This document shows positions 24,076 to 35,844 of a stretch of 64,000 bases of DNA, one piece after another; within the stretch, counting starts at the first letter, position 1, and each line of letters starts with the position of its first letter. The stretch spans positions 96,001-160,000 of the forward strand of contig CAVWHX010000005.1 of NCBI GenBank assembly GCA_963754925.1, given 5' to 3'. A program made the translations under genes and the position numbers. Under the pieces are notes generated by a model, which did no database searches, was not told the DNA's origin, and was given only the letters and a program-made list of their open reading frames with translations. This DNA is from an uncultured delta proteobacterium. Lineage in GTDB: Bacteria > Myxococcota > B64-G9.

Positions 24076-25980
24076 GTGACTTCTTGCCTCGTTATTGATG
24101 ACGATGCGCTCGTGCGCCGAATGACCATGGATATACTATCGAAACATGGCTGTTCTGTCCGCGAGGCCGCCACCGGTCGGCAGGGGTTGGATCTCTTTCG
24201 CGCCGAACCGGTCGATGTCGTGTTATTGGACCTGATTCTTCCCGATGTTTCGGGTTACGAGCTCCTTCCCGAACTAGTTAACGATCCGGCCGCCTGCCGG
24301 GTTATCGTCGTGACCGCATTCAGTTCGTTGGAATCGGTGTTGCAGGTGTTACGGTTAGGAGCGTCCGACTATCTGCCGAAGCCTTTTACCCAAGAGGCGT
24401 TAGTAATGAGCGTCGAGCGTGTCCTGTCTATGCTGACGCTTGAACGCGAAAAGCAAGACCTGTCGCGGCGACTGGAGCAGCGCCTTTCCGATCTTTCGGT
24501 GCTCAACCGCGTCTCGGGGTTAATCACCTCGAGCAAGCCGCTCGACGTATGCATGAACGAAGTTATCCAGGCCACCTGCGCCTATCTCGGGGCCGAATAC
24601 GGCTCGCTTCTGCTGCTTGATTCGGCTAAGGACGAGTTGATGTTTTTCGTTACCACGGGACCGCAGGACGCATTGGTGCGCGCGGTCTGCCTGCCGCGGG
24701 GACGGGGGATTGCCTGGTGCTGCTTTCAAAACCGAAAACCGATCAAAGTCGACGACGCGTATAGCGACCCCCGTTTCGACCAGAGCGTCGACGCTCGCAC
24801 CGGGTTGGTCACCCGTTCGATACTGGCGGTGCCGATCGAGGTGCGCTCGGAATGCATCGGGGTGATCGAGCTCATCAAAACAGCCGACGCAGCGCGCTTT
24901 TCGGATGATGACCTCAAACGTTTGGAGGAGCTCTCCGGTCATCTCGCGGTGGCGGTGCAGAACGCTATAACGGTTCGCGATCTCAACCGTTCGCGTGAGG
25001 AGCTTCTCACCTGGTCTCAAAAGCTCGAACGGATGGTCGAAGAACGCACCCGCGAGCTGTATGAGGCCAATCAAGCTCGTCAGGCGGCCTACCTTGATTT
25101 GGAGCATACCCACAACCTGATGAAGCGCGCCCAAGGGGCCCTGGTCGAGCGCGAAACTATGGCGGCGTTAGGACTGCTGGTGGCCGGCATGGCCCATGAG
25201 ATCAATAACCCCCTCGGATTCGTCAATTCCAATCTGTCGGTGCTTGAACAGTATCTCGGGTCACTCCGGCGCCTCGTGAACGTTCTGATGCCGGCACAAC
25301 GCGGCGGTCGCGCGAACCAGCAGAGGCACAGCCAACAGGTGTTGGCAGAAGCCCAACGGGTGGCCGAAGAGGAACACCTGAATGAAATTCTCGACGATCT
25401 CGGGCCGCTGCTTTCGGAAATGAATGTCGGCCTGGCACGCATTACTCGATTCGTGCAACAGTTGCGCAACTTCACCGAGGAGGGCACCGGTAACGGACAG
25501 GTTGGGCATGTGGACCTCAACAGCGAGGTAACCCGACTGCTGGAGATCGTTCAAGGCGCCGGGAGCAGCGTGCCGGAAGTGCACTATGAATTGGGCGAAT
25601 TGCCCCGCTTGTGGCTCTCAGTTAAAACGCTGCGTCAAGTGTTACTCAATCTATTTGGACGAACGGTTTCCAAAATCGGGATTCAGCACCGGTTGCAGGT
25701 TTCAACACGCAAGGAGGGCGAGCAGGTGGTTCTACGACTGGTCGATACCTCACGCCAGGTTACCGCCCTGGAGCTCGATCGGTTATTCGAGCCACTCTAT
25801 GCGGTGAATGATGATCGGCCGAGTGATGGCGTCGGACTATTTGCGGTCGCGGAGCTGGCAACGGGCATGGGTGGTTCGCTTCAAGCGTCTCAATGGCCGG
25901 CGGGCGGCATGTGCGTTGAACTCACCCTTCCGGTGGGCAATCAAACGGTCGAATTGCAGAAAGGTGTGGTGAGCATATGA
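24076..25980 (+). CDS. REC-GAF-HisKA-HATPase hybrid sensor with a degenerate ATP-binding domain
   Basis: REC (IDDD, LLDL, KP), GAF and H-box AHEINNP present; N and G1 boxes degenerate. Confidence 0.88.
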   Translation: MTSCLVIDDDALVRRMTMDILSKHGCSVREAATGRQGLDLFRAEPVDVVLLDLILPDVSGYELLPELVNDPAACRVIVVTAFSSLESVLQVLRLGASDYLPKPFTQEALVMSVERVLSMLTLEREKQDLSRRLEQRLSDLSVLNRVSGLITSSKPLDVCMNEVIQATCAYLGAEYGSLLLLDSAKDELMFFVTTGPQDALVRAVCLPRGRGIAWCCFQNRKPIKVDDAYSDPRFDQSVDARTGLVTRSILAVPIEVRSECIGVIELIKTADAARFSDDDLKRLEELSGHLAVAVQNAITVRDLNRSREELLTWSQKLERMVEERTRELYEANQARQAAYLDLEHTHNLMKRAQGALVERETMAALGLLVAGMAHEINNPLGFVNSNLSVLEQYLGSLRRLVNVLMPAQRGGRANQQRHSQQVLAEAQRVAEEEHLNEILDDLGPLLSEMNVGLARITRFVQQLRNFTEEGTGNGQVGHVDLNSEVTRLLEIVQGAGSSVPEVHYELGELPRLWLSVKTLRQVLLNLFGRTVSKIGIQHRLQVSTRKEGEQVVLRLVDTSRQVTALELDRLFEPLYAVNDDRPSDGVGLFAVAELATGMGGSLQASQWPAGGMCVELTLPVGNQTVELQKGVVSI

Positions 25981-27199
25981 GCGCCGCCATGGTTCGGGCG
26001 GAGCAGCAGGCGCCGCAGTCGATCTTAGTGGTCGACGACGAACCGCAGATCCTGGTCAGCTTGCAGCGTGTCTTGCGCCGGGCGGCTTTGCGTGTTGTCA
26101 GCGCCGAGAGCGGCGAGCAAGCGTTGAGCGTTCTAGAGCGCGAGCAGATTCAGGTGGTGATCTCCGACTACGGCATGCGCGGCATGGACGGCGTGACGTT
26201 CTTGATGAAGGTTAAAGAACGGTGGCCGGACGTTCAACGGGTGATGTTGACCGGCCAGGCAAATTTCGAGGCGGTCGAGCGCGCGATCAACGAGGCCGAA
26301 GTGTTTCGCTTCTTGAATAAACCCTGGCACGAAGCCCAACTGCGGGCGACCGTCGCCCAGTGCTTTGATCAGCTGCGTTTGCTTGAAAGTAACCGACAGT
26401 ACGAGAAAGAGCTTGGCGAACGCAACCGCGACCTGCTGGCTATCAACCAGGATCTTGAGCGTCAGGTACGGGATCGCACTCGGGCGCTCATCCAAGCCGA
26501 GAAAATGGCGGCGCTGGGGCGTATGGCTGGCGGGGTGGCTCACGAGATCAATAACCCGCTCGGCGGTATTTTAGCCTTTGCGCAAGTGCTGCTGCGCAAA
26601 ACAGAGATGCAGGAGAGTGACCGCCGTGAGGCGCTCGAGACCATTCAAGGCTGCGCTCTACGCTGCAAGAACATCGTCGACAATCTCTTGTCGTTCTCGC
26701 GCAAGCCAGTTCTTGAAGAGCATGACGCGGTTGCTCTCAACCGGATCGTGCAGACCGGGCTGCAGCTTGCGCAACTTCACCCGAAAGCCAAGCAGGTGAC
26801 CGTGCGGCTCGAGCTTACGCCCGACCTGCCCCTGCTGCGCGGGCCGCGTAGCGTTGCTTGAGCAGGTGGTCGTCAACTTGCTGCAAAATGCATTCTACGC
26901 CTCGCCGCCTGGTGAAGAGGTGTTGGTGCGCACGCGGGTCGAAGGGGGAGAGGTGCATCTCGACGTACTGGACCATGGCCCGGGAATTTCTCCCGAGGTG
27001 TTGCCCCGTATCTTCGAGCCCTTCTTCACCACGAAACCTACCCGGAGAAGGCACCGGTCTGGGCCTGTCGATTTGTTATGGGATTGCCCGGGAGCATGGT
27101 GGTCGGCTTCTGGCGCAAAACCAGCCCGGTAACGGTGCAATCTTCACCTTGTGTCTACCGATCATACCGGGTGCGGATAGCAAGGAGCAATTACCATGA
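25977..27199 (+). CDS. REC-HisKA-HATPase hybrid kinase, two frameshifts (about 26845 and 27040)
   Basis: REC and AHEINNP in the first frame; EQVVVNLLQNA, DHGPGI and FEPFFTTK in the second; GEGTGLGL in the third. Confidence 0.88.
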
Positions 27200-28661
27200 C
27201 CAACGAATTCTCGCCAAACGAGGGGAAACGATTGAAGGTCCTCATCGTTGACGATGAACCGTATATGCTGCAAGCCTGGAAGAAAATCCTCGATGGCTAC
27301 GAGTGCGAGGTGGCGACGCTCTCGGACGGCGCCGAGGCGGTGGCAGCGATCGAACTGCAGCAACCAGATGTGGCAGTTTTGGATATCCGCATGCCGAACA
27401 TCTCGGGTATCGACGTGCTCAAGGAAATCAAATCGCGCGATCTGCCCACCGAGGTGGTCATGATGACCGCCTATGCCACCGTCGAGACTGCGGTCGAGGC
27501 GGTGCGAGCAGGCGCCTACGACTATCTCACGAAGCCGTTTAGCAATATCGAAGCTGCGGCGCTTACCGTGCTCAAAGCCGGTCGTCACAAGCGGCTGGTC
27601 CAACGAAACCGCGAGCTGGAGAATCTGCTCGACGTGCGTGACAGCTTCGAGGGTCTGGTTGGTTCCAGCCCGCAGATGAAGCGGGTGTTCGAATTGATCA
27701 ATGGAGTGGCCTACTCGACGTCGACCGTGCTGTTAGAGGGTGAAAGCGGTACCGGCAAAGAGCTTGTGGCTCGGGGCATCCACCACCGCAGTCCGCGGCG
27801 TTCGCGACCGTTCGTGGCGGTGAGCTGCTCGGCACTGACCGATACGTTGCTGGAGAGCGAGCTCTTCGGCCACGAGAAAGGTTCGTTTACCGGCGCCACC
27901 AACACCAAACGGGGATTATTTGAGGTGGCCGACGGTGGATCGATCTTCCTGGACGAGATCGGCGAGGTGCCGATGCCAACCCAAGTCAAGCTCTTGCGGG
28001 TCCTGCAGGAAGGCGAGATTAAAAGGGTCGGCAGCTCCGAGATTCGCCACGTGGACGTGCGCGTGATTGCAGCCACCAACATCGACCTGGCGCGCGCACG
28101 TCAGAACGGCACCTTCCGGGAAGATTTATACTATCGGTTGAATGTTATCAGTATTGAGTTGCCTCCCTTGCGCGATCGGGTCGGGGACATTCCGTTGTTG
28201 GCACTGCACTTTTTGCGGAAGTACAACGCGCGCACCGGAAAGCTCTTGGAGAGCATTCGCCCGGAGGTGATGGAGATCCTCGAACGTTACAATTTTCCCG
28301 GCAATGTGCGCGAACTTGAGAACATTATCGAACGAGCGGTCGTGCTCGCGCGCGGCAAGGAAATCGAGTTGCATGACCTTCCCGAGGTGATGCGCGAGAC
28401 GTTGCCCGCCCGGCGGAAGCCGGCACCTCGTTGGTTGAATTGCCGTATAAAAAAGCCAAGGAGGTGGCGGTAACGGAATTCGACCGACGCTATCTTTCGG
28501 AATTATTGGTTCAGACCAGCGGGAACATCTCACAGGCTTCGCGGCGGGCCGGTATGGATCGCAGCAATTTCAGGCGGGTAATCAAGAAATATGGGTTGGA
28601 TCCGATCGAGTTTTCTAGCAACGGAAGCCAGCGGTCAAGGGGGATTCATGGCGGTGCATGA
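27196..28661 (+). CDS. Sigma54-dependent NtrC-family response regulator, frameshift near 28425
   Basis: REC, GESGTGKE, ESELFGHEKGSFTGA, FLDEIGE and PGNVRELEN. The Fis-type HTH (GNISQASRRAGMDR) is in the 28431-28661 frame. Confidence 0.92.
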
Positions 28662-30457
28662 TCAACATCTCGCGAAGCCTCCCCTGGCACGCGATATGTT
28701 TATGCAGGAGCAACCTACGCTCTCGCACGGTGAGGTTCCCCTCTCCAGCCAACGGGTAGAGGAACCAAAGCAGCCAAGTCCCGAAGCAGCCACGGTATTG
28801 GTGGTCGACGACGACATTGAGTTCCTCAAGACCATTGAGAGTGGCTCAGCCGGCAGGGGTATCACGCTGTTACGGCTCACTCCATGGATGAGGGGCAGGC
28901 GGTGTTGGACCGGACACCGGTGCAGGTATTGCTCATTAATCCGGTTCTCGGCGATGGCAGAGTGTTCGCCTGGCAGGATGCCGTGCGTTCCCGACTGCCG
29001 CGCTGCCGATCGTCGCTGTTACCGGGTTGGCGAGCGGAGTCTGGTTTCGCCGGTATAGCGCCATGGCGCGACTTCATGTTGATCAAGCCGATGGAGTTGG
29101 ACACGCTCGAGGTTACCTTACGACGCTGTCTTCATTTGGATGGTTTCTTCCATGGGGACACCCGCAACCCTGAACTGTCGGCAATTCTCAAGATTCAGCA
29201 TGCGTTGGCATCGGGTATGCCGATGCCCGAGCTTCTAGACTTGCTCTTGCAGCAGATGATCCGCTACACCCACGCCGACAGCGCCAGCGTCATGTTGATT
29301 GAGCCTGACCGCAAGACCATGATTATCGCGGCCAGTTATGGCCTCACCGATGACGTATGCGGCCAGAAGGTCGCCGTGGGCGAGCGTATCGCCGGGTGGG
29401 TGGCCGAGAACAATCGGCCGCAAGTGATTATCGGCAGCGCGGGAAACGATCCACGCATGGCCGGTACGGTGCGCACGCACGAGCCCATGGTGGGAATGTG
29501 TTTGCCCATGCGCGGTCGGCACGAGGTGATGGGGGTATTATCGGTGAGCCGACTTGAGGACGGGGGCGTATTCACCCATGATGCGGTCGACCTCGGGATA
29601 TTACTGGGGCTGAGGTCGCCCGCGCCATCGAGCGGAGCGCTGCCACGGAGACCCAGCAGGACCTCGAGCGCAACGTGATGCGACGCAATAAATTAGTGAC
29701 GATCGGCGAATTGGCCTCGGGTGTGGCGCACGAGATGAACAACCCGCTCGGGTACGTCAATAGCAACGTCTCCTCCATTAAGGATTACCTGGATGAGCTC
29801 CTCCCGGTGCTTCGCAATCTCGTGAATGACGGTACTGGCGTCAAACCGCAGTCTCCTCTGTTGGCGGTGGCGGGCATTGATCTGGAGTTTATCATCAATG
29901 ATTTGCCGGTGTGTATCCAAGAGACTATCGATGGTATCAACCGGGTCTTGAAAATCGTGGCCGACCTTAAAGCATTCGCTCGCGACGATTTGGAGTCTAA
30001 AGAGAAAGGGGATATCAACCAGATCTTGGACAGCGCCGTTAATATTGTTTGGAACCAGATCAAGTACAAAGCCACCTTGGTTCGAGAGTACGGCGAACTG
30101 CCATCCATCATGTGTTATCCGTCCCAGCTGGGGCAAGTGTTCTTGAATATACTGTACAATTCCGCCCAAGCCATCGAGCGCAACGGCCACATTGTGCTGC
30201 GTACCCGTTTGGAAGGAACTGCCATCCAGGTTGAAGTCGTGGACAACGGGCACGGCATGAGCCCCGAGGTGCAGAACCGCATCTTCGAGCCTTTTTTCAC
30301 GACCAAGCCTCATGGCGTGGGGACCGGGCTCGGCCTCAAGATTGCCCGGAAGATAGTCGAGCGGCACGAAGGTGAAATTTCAGTGTCGAGTGTCAAGGGC
30401 AAGGGCACCACCGTTCGTGTCTCCTTGCCGATCGAAGCAACTTCTGAAAAACAGTGA
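28648..30457 (+). CDS. Pseudo-REC-GAF-HisKA-HATPase sensor kinase, frameshifts near 28870 and 29612
   Basis: VLVVDDD then LLINP (phospho-Asp replaced), GAF, AHEMNNP, QVFLNILYNSAQA, DNGHGM and GTGLGL, spread over three consecutive frames. Confidence 0.75.
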
Positions 30458-30469
30458 CGAGAGGCTTCA

Positions 30470-31523
30470 ATGCAGATTTCTGAGGAAAAAAACGCCGAGG
30501 AGCAACCGAGCGCACCCACCCGCTATAAGGTGCTGATAGTCGATGACGATCCGGGAGTGGTTAACGCGGTCCGGCGTCTGTTGGGAAGAACGGGCTATGA
30601 ATTACTCATCGCTACGAGTGCCATGGAAGCGATTGCCATCCTCCAGCGGCAGCACGTGGCGGTGGTGGTAAGCGATCACATGATGCCCGGGATGTCCGGG
30701 ATCGAGCTTCTAACCCTCGTGCGTCAAAACTGGCCGGCGACCGTGGGAATCATGATGACAGCATGCGGCAATATTCAGGTGGCCGCCGATGTCGTCAACC
30801 GCCGATTGGTGAACTATTTCATCAGTAAGCCTTGGGACGGGAAGCTCTTTGTTGCGCTCGTGAAAGAGGCGGTTGACGTGCACCACGCCCTAGAGAATAA
30901 CCCGGGCGGCGCGTTTCAGGTGGATGCGACCTTACTGCGAAGCATCCGCGAGCAGGCCTCTAAGGCGGCCTTTTCCTTGGCGCGCGCCGTCGACGCCCGT
31001 GACCAATACACCCATCGCCACTCCGAGCATGTCTCCACCCTGGGGGTGGAGCTGGGCAAAGCCTTAGGTCTGGACGACGTGGCAATCGAGGAGTTGCGCA
31101 TTGGCGGGTTGTTGCACGATGTGGGCAAGATCGGTGTCTCCGACAACATTTTGCTCAAGCCCGACCGCCTGAGTGAAGAAGAGTATGCAGCGATTAAAGC
31201 TTCACCCGATCATCGGGGTCTCGATCATCGAACCGATCCGCTTTCCGTGGAACATCGAGGCAATTATTCGACAGCACCACGAAAACTACGATGGCAGCGG
31301 CTACCCCGATGGTATTAGCGGGGAGGATATCTTTTTTGCGGCGCGCATCGTTCACGTGGTCGATGCCTACGAGGCCATGAGTGCGGATCGAGTCTACCGC
31401 AAAGCACGTACGAACGAATGGATCGAGAACGAATTTAATCGCTGCCGCGGGACGCAGTTCGATCCGAAGGTGATAGATGCATTCTTAGACGCGCTGCGCC
31501 TGGGACGAATGCAGATTCCGTAA
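30470..31523 (+). CDS. REC-HD-GYP c-di-GMP phosphodiesterase, frameshift near 31200
   Basis: REC, YTHRHS and LLHDVGKIG; HHENYDGSGYP and DAYEAM in the second frame. Confidence 0.9.
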
Positions 31524-31532
31524 CTGCCCTCA

Positions 31533-32187
31533 CTACATCAAACGGCGATATACACCGGCGACGACCCCCAACAGGCACGACGGAAGGAACTGATCCCGAC
31601 GAATAACGATAGGGCTAACGGCGGGGTTGGCCGGTTCGAGCACGATCGAGTCTTTTTTGGGGCGGTGATTTAACCGTGACTTCATCGCCGATTTGAGCTA
31701 CCACCACCTGGCCTGGATTGGCCGTTTGCTGAGCCTTAACAAAAACGACGTCACCGTCAAAAATCCCTTTGCCAATCATCGAGTCGCCTTTTACTTTCAA
31801 AGCAAACAGCGGTTGGGATGAATGGCCGACGAACGAACGCTCGAGATGCACGGTGCCCTCCAGATTCTGTTCGGCAAGAATCGGGGTGCCGGCGGCGACC
31901 CGACCGAGAAGCGGTATGGCCACGACATCCAGCTCGGATACCTGGTTGGCCGATGCCGCAGGAAATGCGTGCAGTACCCGCGGGACGACCGATCGTGACT
32001 TCAATTGGCCGGCGCGTGAAATGTAGCCTTTGCGAACCAGCGCCTTCAGGTGATCGTTGACCCCGTTGGTTGAGCGGATGCCCATGTGATCGCACATCTC
32101 CCGTATGGATGGCGGGTAGCCGTGCACGAGGATGTGATCTTTAATATGATTAAGTAACTCTTCCTGACGTTCGGTAAGAGCCTCCAT
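31533..32187 (-). CDS. lexA: SOS repressor LexA, frameshift near 31665
   Basis: LTERQ, GYPPSIRE, GRVAAGTP, VKGDSM and VTVK. The C-terminus IVLEPANP...LLGVVAGVYRRLM* is in the shifted frame, ending at 31533. Confidence 0.93.
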
Positions 32188-32213
32188 GGATTTTCCTCCC
32201 ATAGGAAGTATCA

Positions 32214-32229
32214 CTGAACGCCTGTGCAG
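32214..32229 (-). promoter_or_regulatory. Myxococcus-type LexA (SOS) box between -35 and -10 of the lexA promoter
   Basis: Minus strand CTGCACAGGCGTTCAG; TTGACA at 32236-32231 and GATACT at 32212-32207. Confidence 0.75.
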
Positions 32230-32273
32230 ATGTCAAGAGAGAAATTGTTGATGGATTCGATAATTCCGATGGG

Positions 32274-33474
32274 CTACCATACCACGCCGACGGTAACGCC
32301 TACTGCCGCGCCGGTTTTAGGATAATAAACGATCGGTACATCGATCTTGACCGGAAAAAGGTTCACTCCAATCCCAGTTAGGACTTTAGGTCGTACACCG
32401 TCGGGTTGCTTGTTTTTCGTGGTGGCCTTGGCGGCGATCTTGCCACTGGTTATCGTCGCTCCGGCCGCGGGACTTTGAGCAATTGGAAGTTTGTCAAACA
32501 CTAAGTTGCTAACGGCTACCTCACTGTTCGATCTCGAAATGATATCGGTGCTCCCGAAATTGAAGTCCACGCCGGCCCCCAGGGTAAGATTCAAAAGCCA
32601 TAGGAGTTGGACCGAGGTTACGATCTCAAGCGGTATGGTAAAAGTTTTCATTACAACCCCGATGTTGACAGAGGGGTTTACCGAAAGCGACCCGGTCAAG
32701 GTGTGCCCGTAACCGGTTGCTGAAAAGTTTTCTGTTATTGCATTGGAAGACACTTTATCGAGAGTCAAGTTGACCCGGTTGCTCGAATAGACAAAACCAG
32801 CCCCCACGGAAAGTCCACGCCATTTGGCGAGTCCTCCGATGAGCTCCCTCCCCGCCCCGGTTGCATCGCCGGATACGTCGCGCGCCTTTACGAGGGTGTA
32901 ATTAGCGCCGAAGCCTACCATGGTGCTCTTGATGCTTACTTCAGATGCAGGTTGTAAACTGAGGGTGCCAAACTTGAAATTAAGATCTAGATCGGAGAGC
33001 AGAAAATTCGCGTTGACGCCCAGGTTCAGAATGCAAACGCCGGCCGAGGCGCCGGCATAGATGTCGCCATCTTTCTTGATGACGTCTGATAATTTATCAG
33101 GGTTAAAAGTAAGAAGGATCGAGAGTCGGGGCCTGAATTCCCGCCATGACGCCGGTAGATACGGAGAAGAGAGAATAGTTTTGGTATCCCTGGATGGTCC
33201 CGGCCGAGGCGGCGTAGGCATTTGCATTGCTAAAGCCCTCTGCGAGCTTAGGGGTATAGCCATATTTACCAATCGTTTCTTCTATGCCATTCGGTCCATA
33301 TATGAGATGACTGAAGCTGGCGTCTATTACATTTTGAATTATAGGAGTTAAGTTCGTATAGGGGGCCGGTAGCGTGACGATGGGCGCGGTCGGCGTGATG
33401 GTAATCTTTCCGGCGCTCGCCGACATTGAAAAAAATAACGACACCATCAATGAAACAAATTTTAATTTTTTCAT
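32274..33474 (-). CDS. Exported beta-rich protein resembling the spirochaete Lsa36 family, frameshift near 33105
   Basis: Signal peptide; GFSNANAYA...GVMAGIQAP and DGDIYAG; amphipathic strands; terminal aromatic residue (VGVTVGVVW). Confidence 0.55.
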
Positions 33475-33646
33475 GTAGTTACATTTTGCTCCAACCGTCC
33501 CCATGGACACGTCTGCCCCTTGGCGCGTCCCGTTCGGCAAGGATGTGGGTAATAGGCCTATTTCATTACCCGTGGTGAATTTGGCATGAGCGTATGCATT
33601 GAATATTTTTAGTCAAGCCAAATTTTGGAGAGTGCCGGGCAGGCTG

Positions 33647-35413
33647 TTATTTGCCTATTTTGTGACCAACGGTATCTTGTAGCTCGGCGGCGTACGCTTC
33701 GGCTGAAAGGGGGGCGCCGGTGGCGCGTTGGACAAACGCCGGCCAGGCTTTTGACATGCCGGGTGCAAAAACGTTATCAATAAAAAATTTTCCAAAATCT
33801 TTATGGCCCTTGAAGCTGAGACCAGCAGGGTCACCGATATAGTTGCTGAAGCGACTCAGCGTCGCGCGCAATTGTGCTGCAAAGAGCTCTCCCAATAAAT
33901 AGTTGTGATAGTACACCGGAGCGATGGTGAAATGCGGCTTCGCCGCCCAGTCCGGGGCGTTGCGCTGGGTCGGGCGTCGTATCAGTTGAAAGCGTTCGAC
34001 ATAGTCATACCAAAGGCGGTTGAGGTCAGAATCAGGATTTTCGTAGAGCGCCTTCTCGAAGTACAGCATGACCATGGCAAAGCGCGCAAAGATCAATTGG
34101 GCACGGCGGCGCTGTTCAAGCAGCACCTGACGCATGGCGCCGACGCGTCGCGTGGAGGCGCCGGCATAGTCGACAAGCCACGTCGGGTTTTTGGCCAGGG
34201 CGCCGAATAGCATGGCCACGCCTTCGGTGGTGAAGATATGGGCCGCTTCGCGCAGGTTGTACGGCAGCGATCGATCGATATACTTGTAGTAGGCCGCGTG
34301 GCCGGACTCGTGCAGCATGGTTTCCATCCACTCGGCGGTGGGTTTGACGTTGAGGAGCATGCGGATGTCGCCCAAGCGATTCATGGTAGTGCAAAAGGCG
34401 TGTTGGTTTTTGCCGCTGCGCTCAAAAAAATCCGATTGCTTGGCCACATCGTCTATGGGTAATCCGATATCGGCATAGAATTGCGTCCCAAGCCGGACAA
34501 GGTGCTCCTTGCTCATCTTGTCGTAGAACTCATCCGGATCAACATGCTTCGTGGGCGGCGCGTTCTGGAAGAACGGATCATCATAGTGCCAGGGCATGAG
34601 CTGTCCCGGTTTTACCTTGAACTTCCGCGCAAGCTCTTCATCAAGTTGAGATTTCATCTGTCGAAATGGTTCATCGGTCAACTGGACCAATTGAGCGAAG
34701 AGATCTAACAGCGTGGTGGGATCGTACTCCTGAAGGCGGATTTGCATCTCCCAATAATTTGCGTACCCGAGCGTTCGCGCGGCCTCGTTGCGCACCTTGG
34801 CGAGCGCGGTGAGTTTTACTCCGACCTCGGTTCCAACCGCTTTGAGCGCCTCCCACAGTGCCTGTCGTTTGGCGGAGTTTTTCTCATGCGCAAGCATCTC
34901 AAGCAGGTCGTTGTTTGACAGCTTTTTGCCCCTTAGGGTAGCCCGATAGGTGTCGAATGTTTGCTCAATCTCGGACGCTGCCGTGACCATGCGCTCGATA
35001 AGTTCTCGGGGGAGCTGGTTGCCCATAAAGGCGAGCTGCGCGACCTCGAGCGAGCGAGCCACGAGCGGTTCGAGCGAATCTTTGTAGGTTATGATCTGCT
35101 TGAGCTCGGCGTAGCGATCGGCGTCGCGATGCAATAGCCTCAACGCCAGGTCGGCGGCGGCGTATGCGTCAAAATCTTCTTTCAGGCCCGAGTTTGCGGC
35201 CTTCCAGTAGGCGGTTGACTGCTCGAGTTCGAGTCTGCTCAGATCATTATAGTACCTGCTCAAAAAGGCTTGGGCCGTGGCCCGACGCTCAGCCGGGGTC
35301 AGCGCCTTCGAGATAGTTGACAGGGGGGCGTTTGCACTATTTTTACCGCAGCCAAAGAGGCAGGTGCCGAACAATGCTAAGGCCAAGCAAAAAGCAATAA
35401 GTTCACCGCGCAT
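33647..35413 (-). CDS. M2/M3-type zinc metallopeptidase lipoprotein
   Basis: Lipobox LFGC, HESGH (HExxH), downstream TEGVA and HF..APVYYHNY. Confidence 0.88.
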   Translation of the reverse strand: MRGELIAFCLALALFGTCLFGCGKNSANAPLSTISKALTPAERRATAQAFLSRYYNDLSRLELEQSTAYWKAANSGLKEDFDAYAAADLALRLLHRDADRYAELKQIITYKDSLEPLVARSLEVAQLAFMGNQLPRELIERMVTAASEIEQTFDTYRATLRGKKLSNNDLLEMLAHEKNSAKRQALWEALKAVGTEVGVKLTALAKVRNEAARTLGYANYWEMQIRLQEYDPTTLLDLFAQLVQLTDEPFRQMKSQLDEELARKFKVKPGQLMPWHYDDPFFQNAPPTKHVDPDEFYDKMSKEHLVRLGTQFYADIGLPIDDVAKQSDFFERSGKNQHAFCTTMNRLGDIRMLLNVKPTAEWMETMLHESGHAAYYKYIDRSLPYNLREAAHIFTTEGVAMLFGALAKNPTWLVDYAGASTRRVGAMRQVLLEQRRRAQLIFARFAMVMLYFEKALYENPDSDLNRLWYDYVERFQLIRRPTQRNAPDWAAKPHFTIAPVYYHNYLLGELFAAQLRATLSRFSNYIGDPAGLSFKGHKDFGKFFIDNVFAPGMSKAWPAFVQRATGAPLSAEAYAAELQDTVGHKIGK

Positions 35414-35485
35414 AGGAGCTCCTTTTGAATATACTTAAACACCTCCTACACGACCGGTGTGCGTTTGTCCATGGTTTGGGTTCAT

Positions 35486-35510
35486 AAAAAACCGGGCGTA
35501 CGGCCCGGTC
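35486..35510 (-). terminator. Rho-independent terminator after HU
   Basis: ACCGGGC-cgtac-GCCCGGT hairpin followed by a T run on the minus strand. Confidence 0.75.
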
Positions 35511-35535
35511 TTGTTGACTGACGGCGCGTCCGAGG

Positions 35536-35844
35536 TTACTTCTTTTTTGGCGGAACGATGGCGTCTTTGCAGGACTTGGCCAGTCGCATCTTCACAACGG
35601 TTTTGGCCGGGATCTTGATCGCCTCGCCGGTTGCGGGGTTGCGGCCCATGCGTGCTTTGCGATTCGAGAGCACCATCTTGCCGATACCCGGAAGAATGAA
35701 GGACCCGACCCGCTTGGTCTGAGCCACGGCTAAATTAGTCAGCTCGTTAAGCAACTCGGAAACGACCTTCTTGGGCATTTCAAACTTCTCGGCAAAATGG
35801 CTCACGATCTGGGCTTTGGTAATCGGTTTCTTGGACTCGGACAT
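35536..35844 (-). CDS. hup: HU-family DNA-binding protein
   Basis: LPGIGK, RKARMGRNPATGEAIKIPAKTVVK. Confidence 0.93.
   Translation of the reverse strand: MSESKKPITKAQIVSHFAEKFEMPKKVVSELLNELTNLAVAQTKRVGSFILPGIGKMVLSNRKARMGRNPATGEAIKIPAKTVVKMRLAKSCKDAIVPPKKK

Noticed and set aside
25977..31523. Programmed frameshifting or phase variation in the signalling genes
   Set aside because: No consistent slippery motifs or long repeats, and similar indels affect lexA and other unrelated genes.
33581..33598. Sigma54 promoter TGGCATG...TGCA
   Set aside because: GG-GC spacing is 11 rather than 10, and there is no plus-strand gene downstream.
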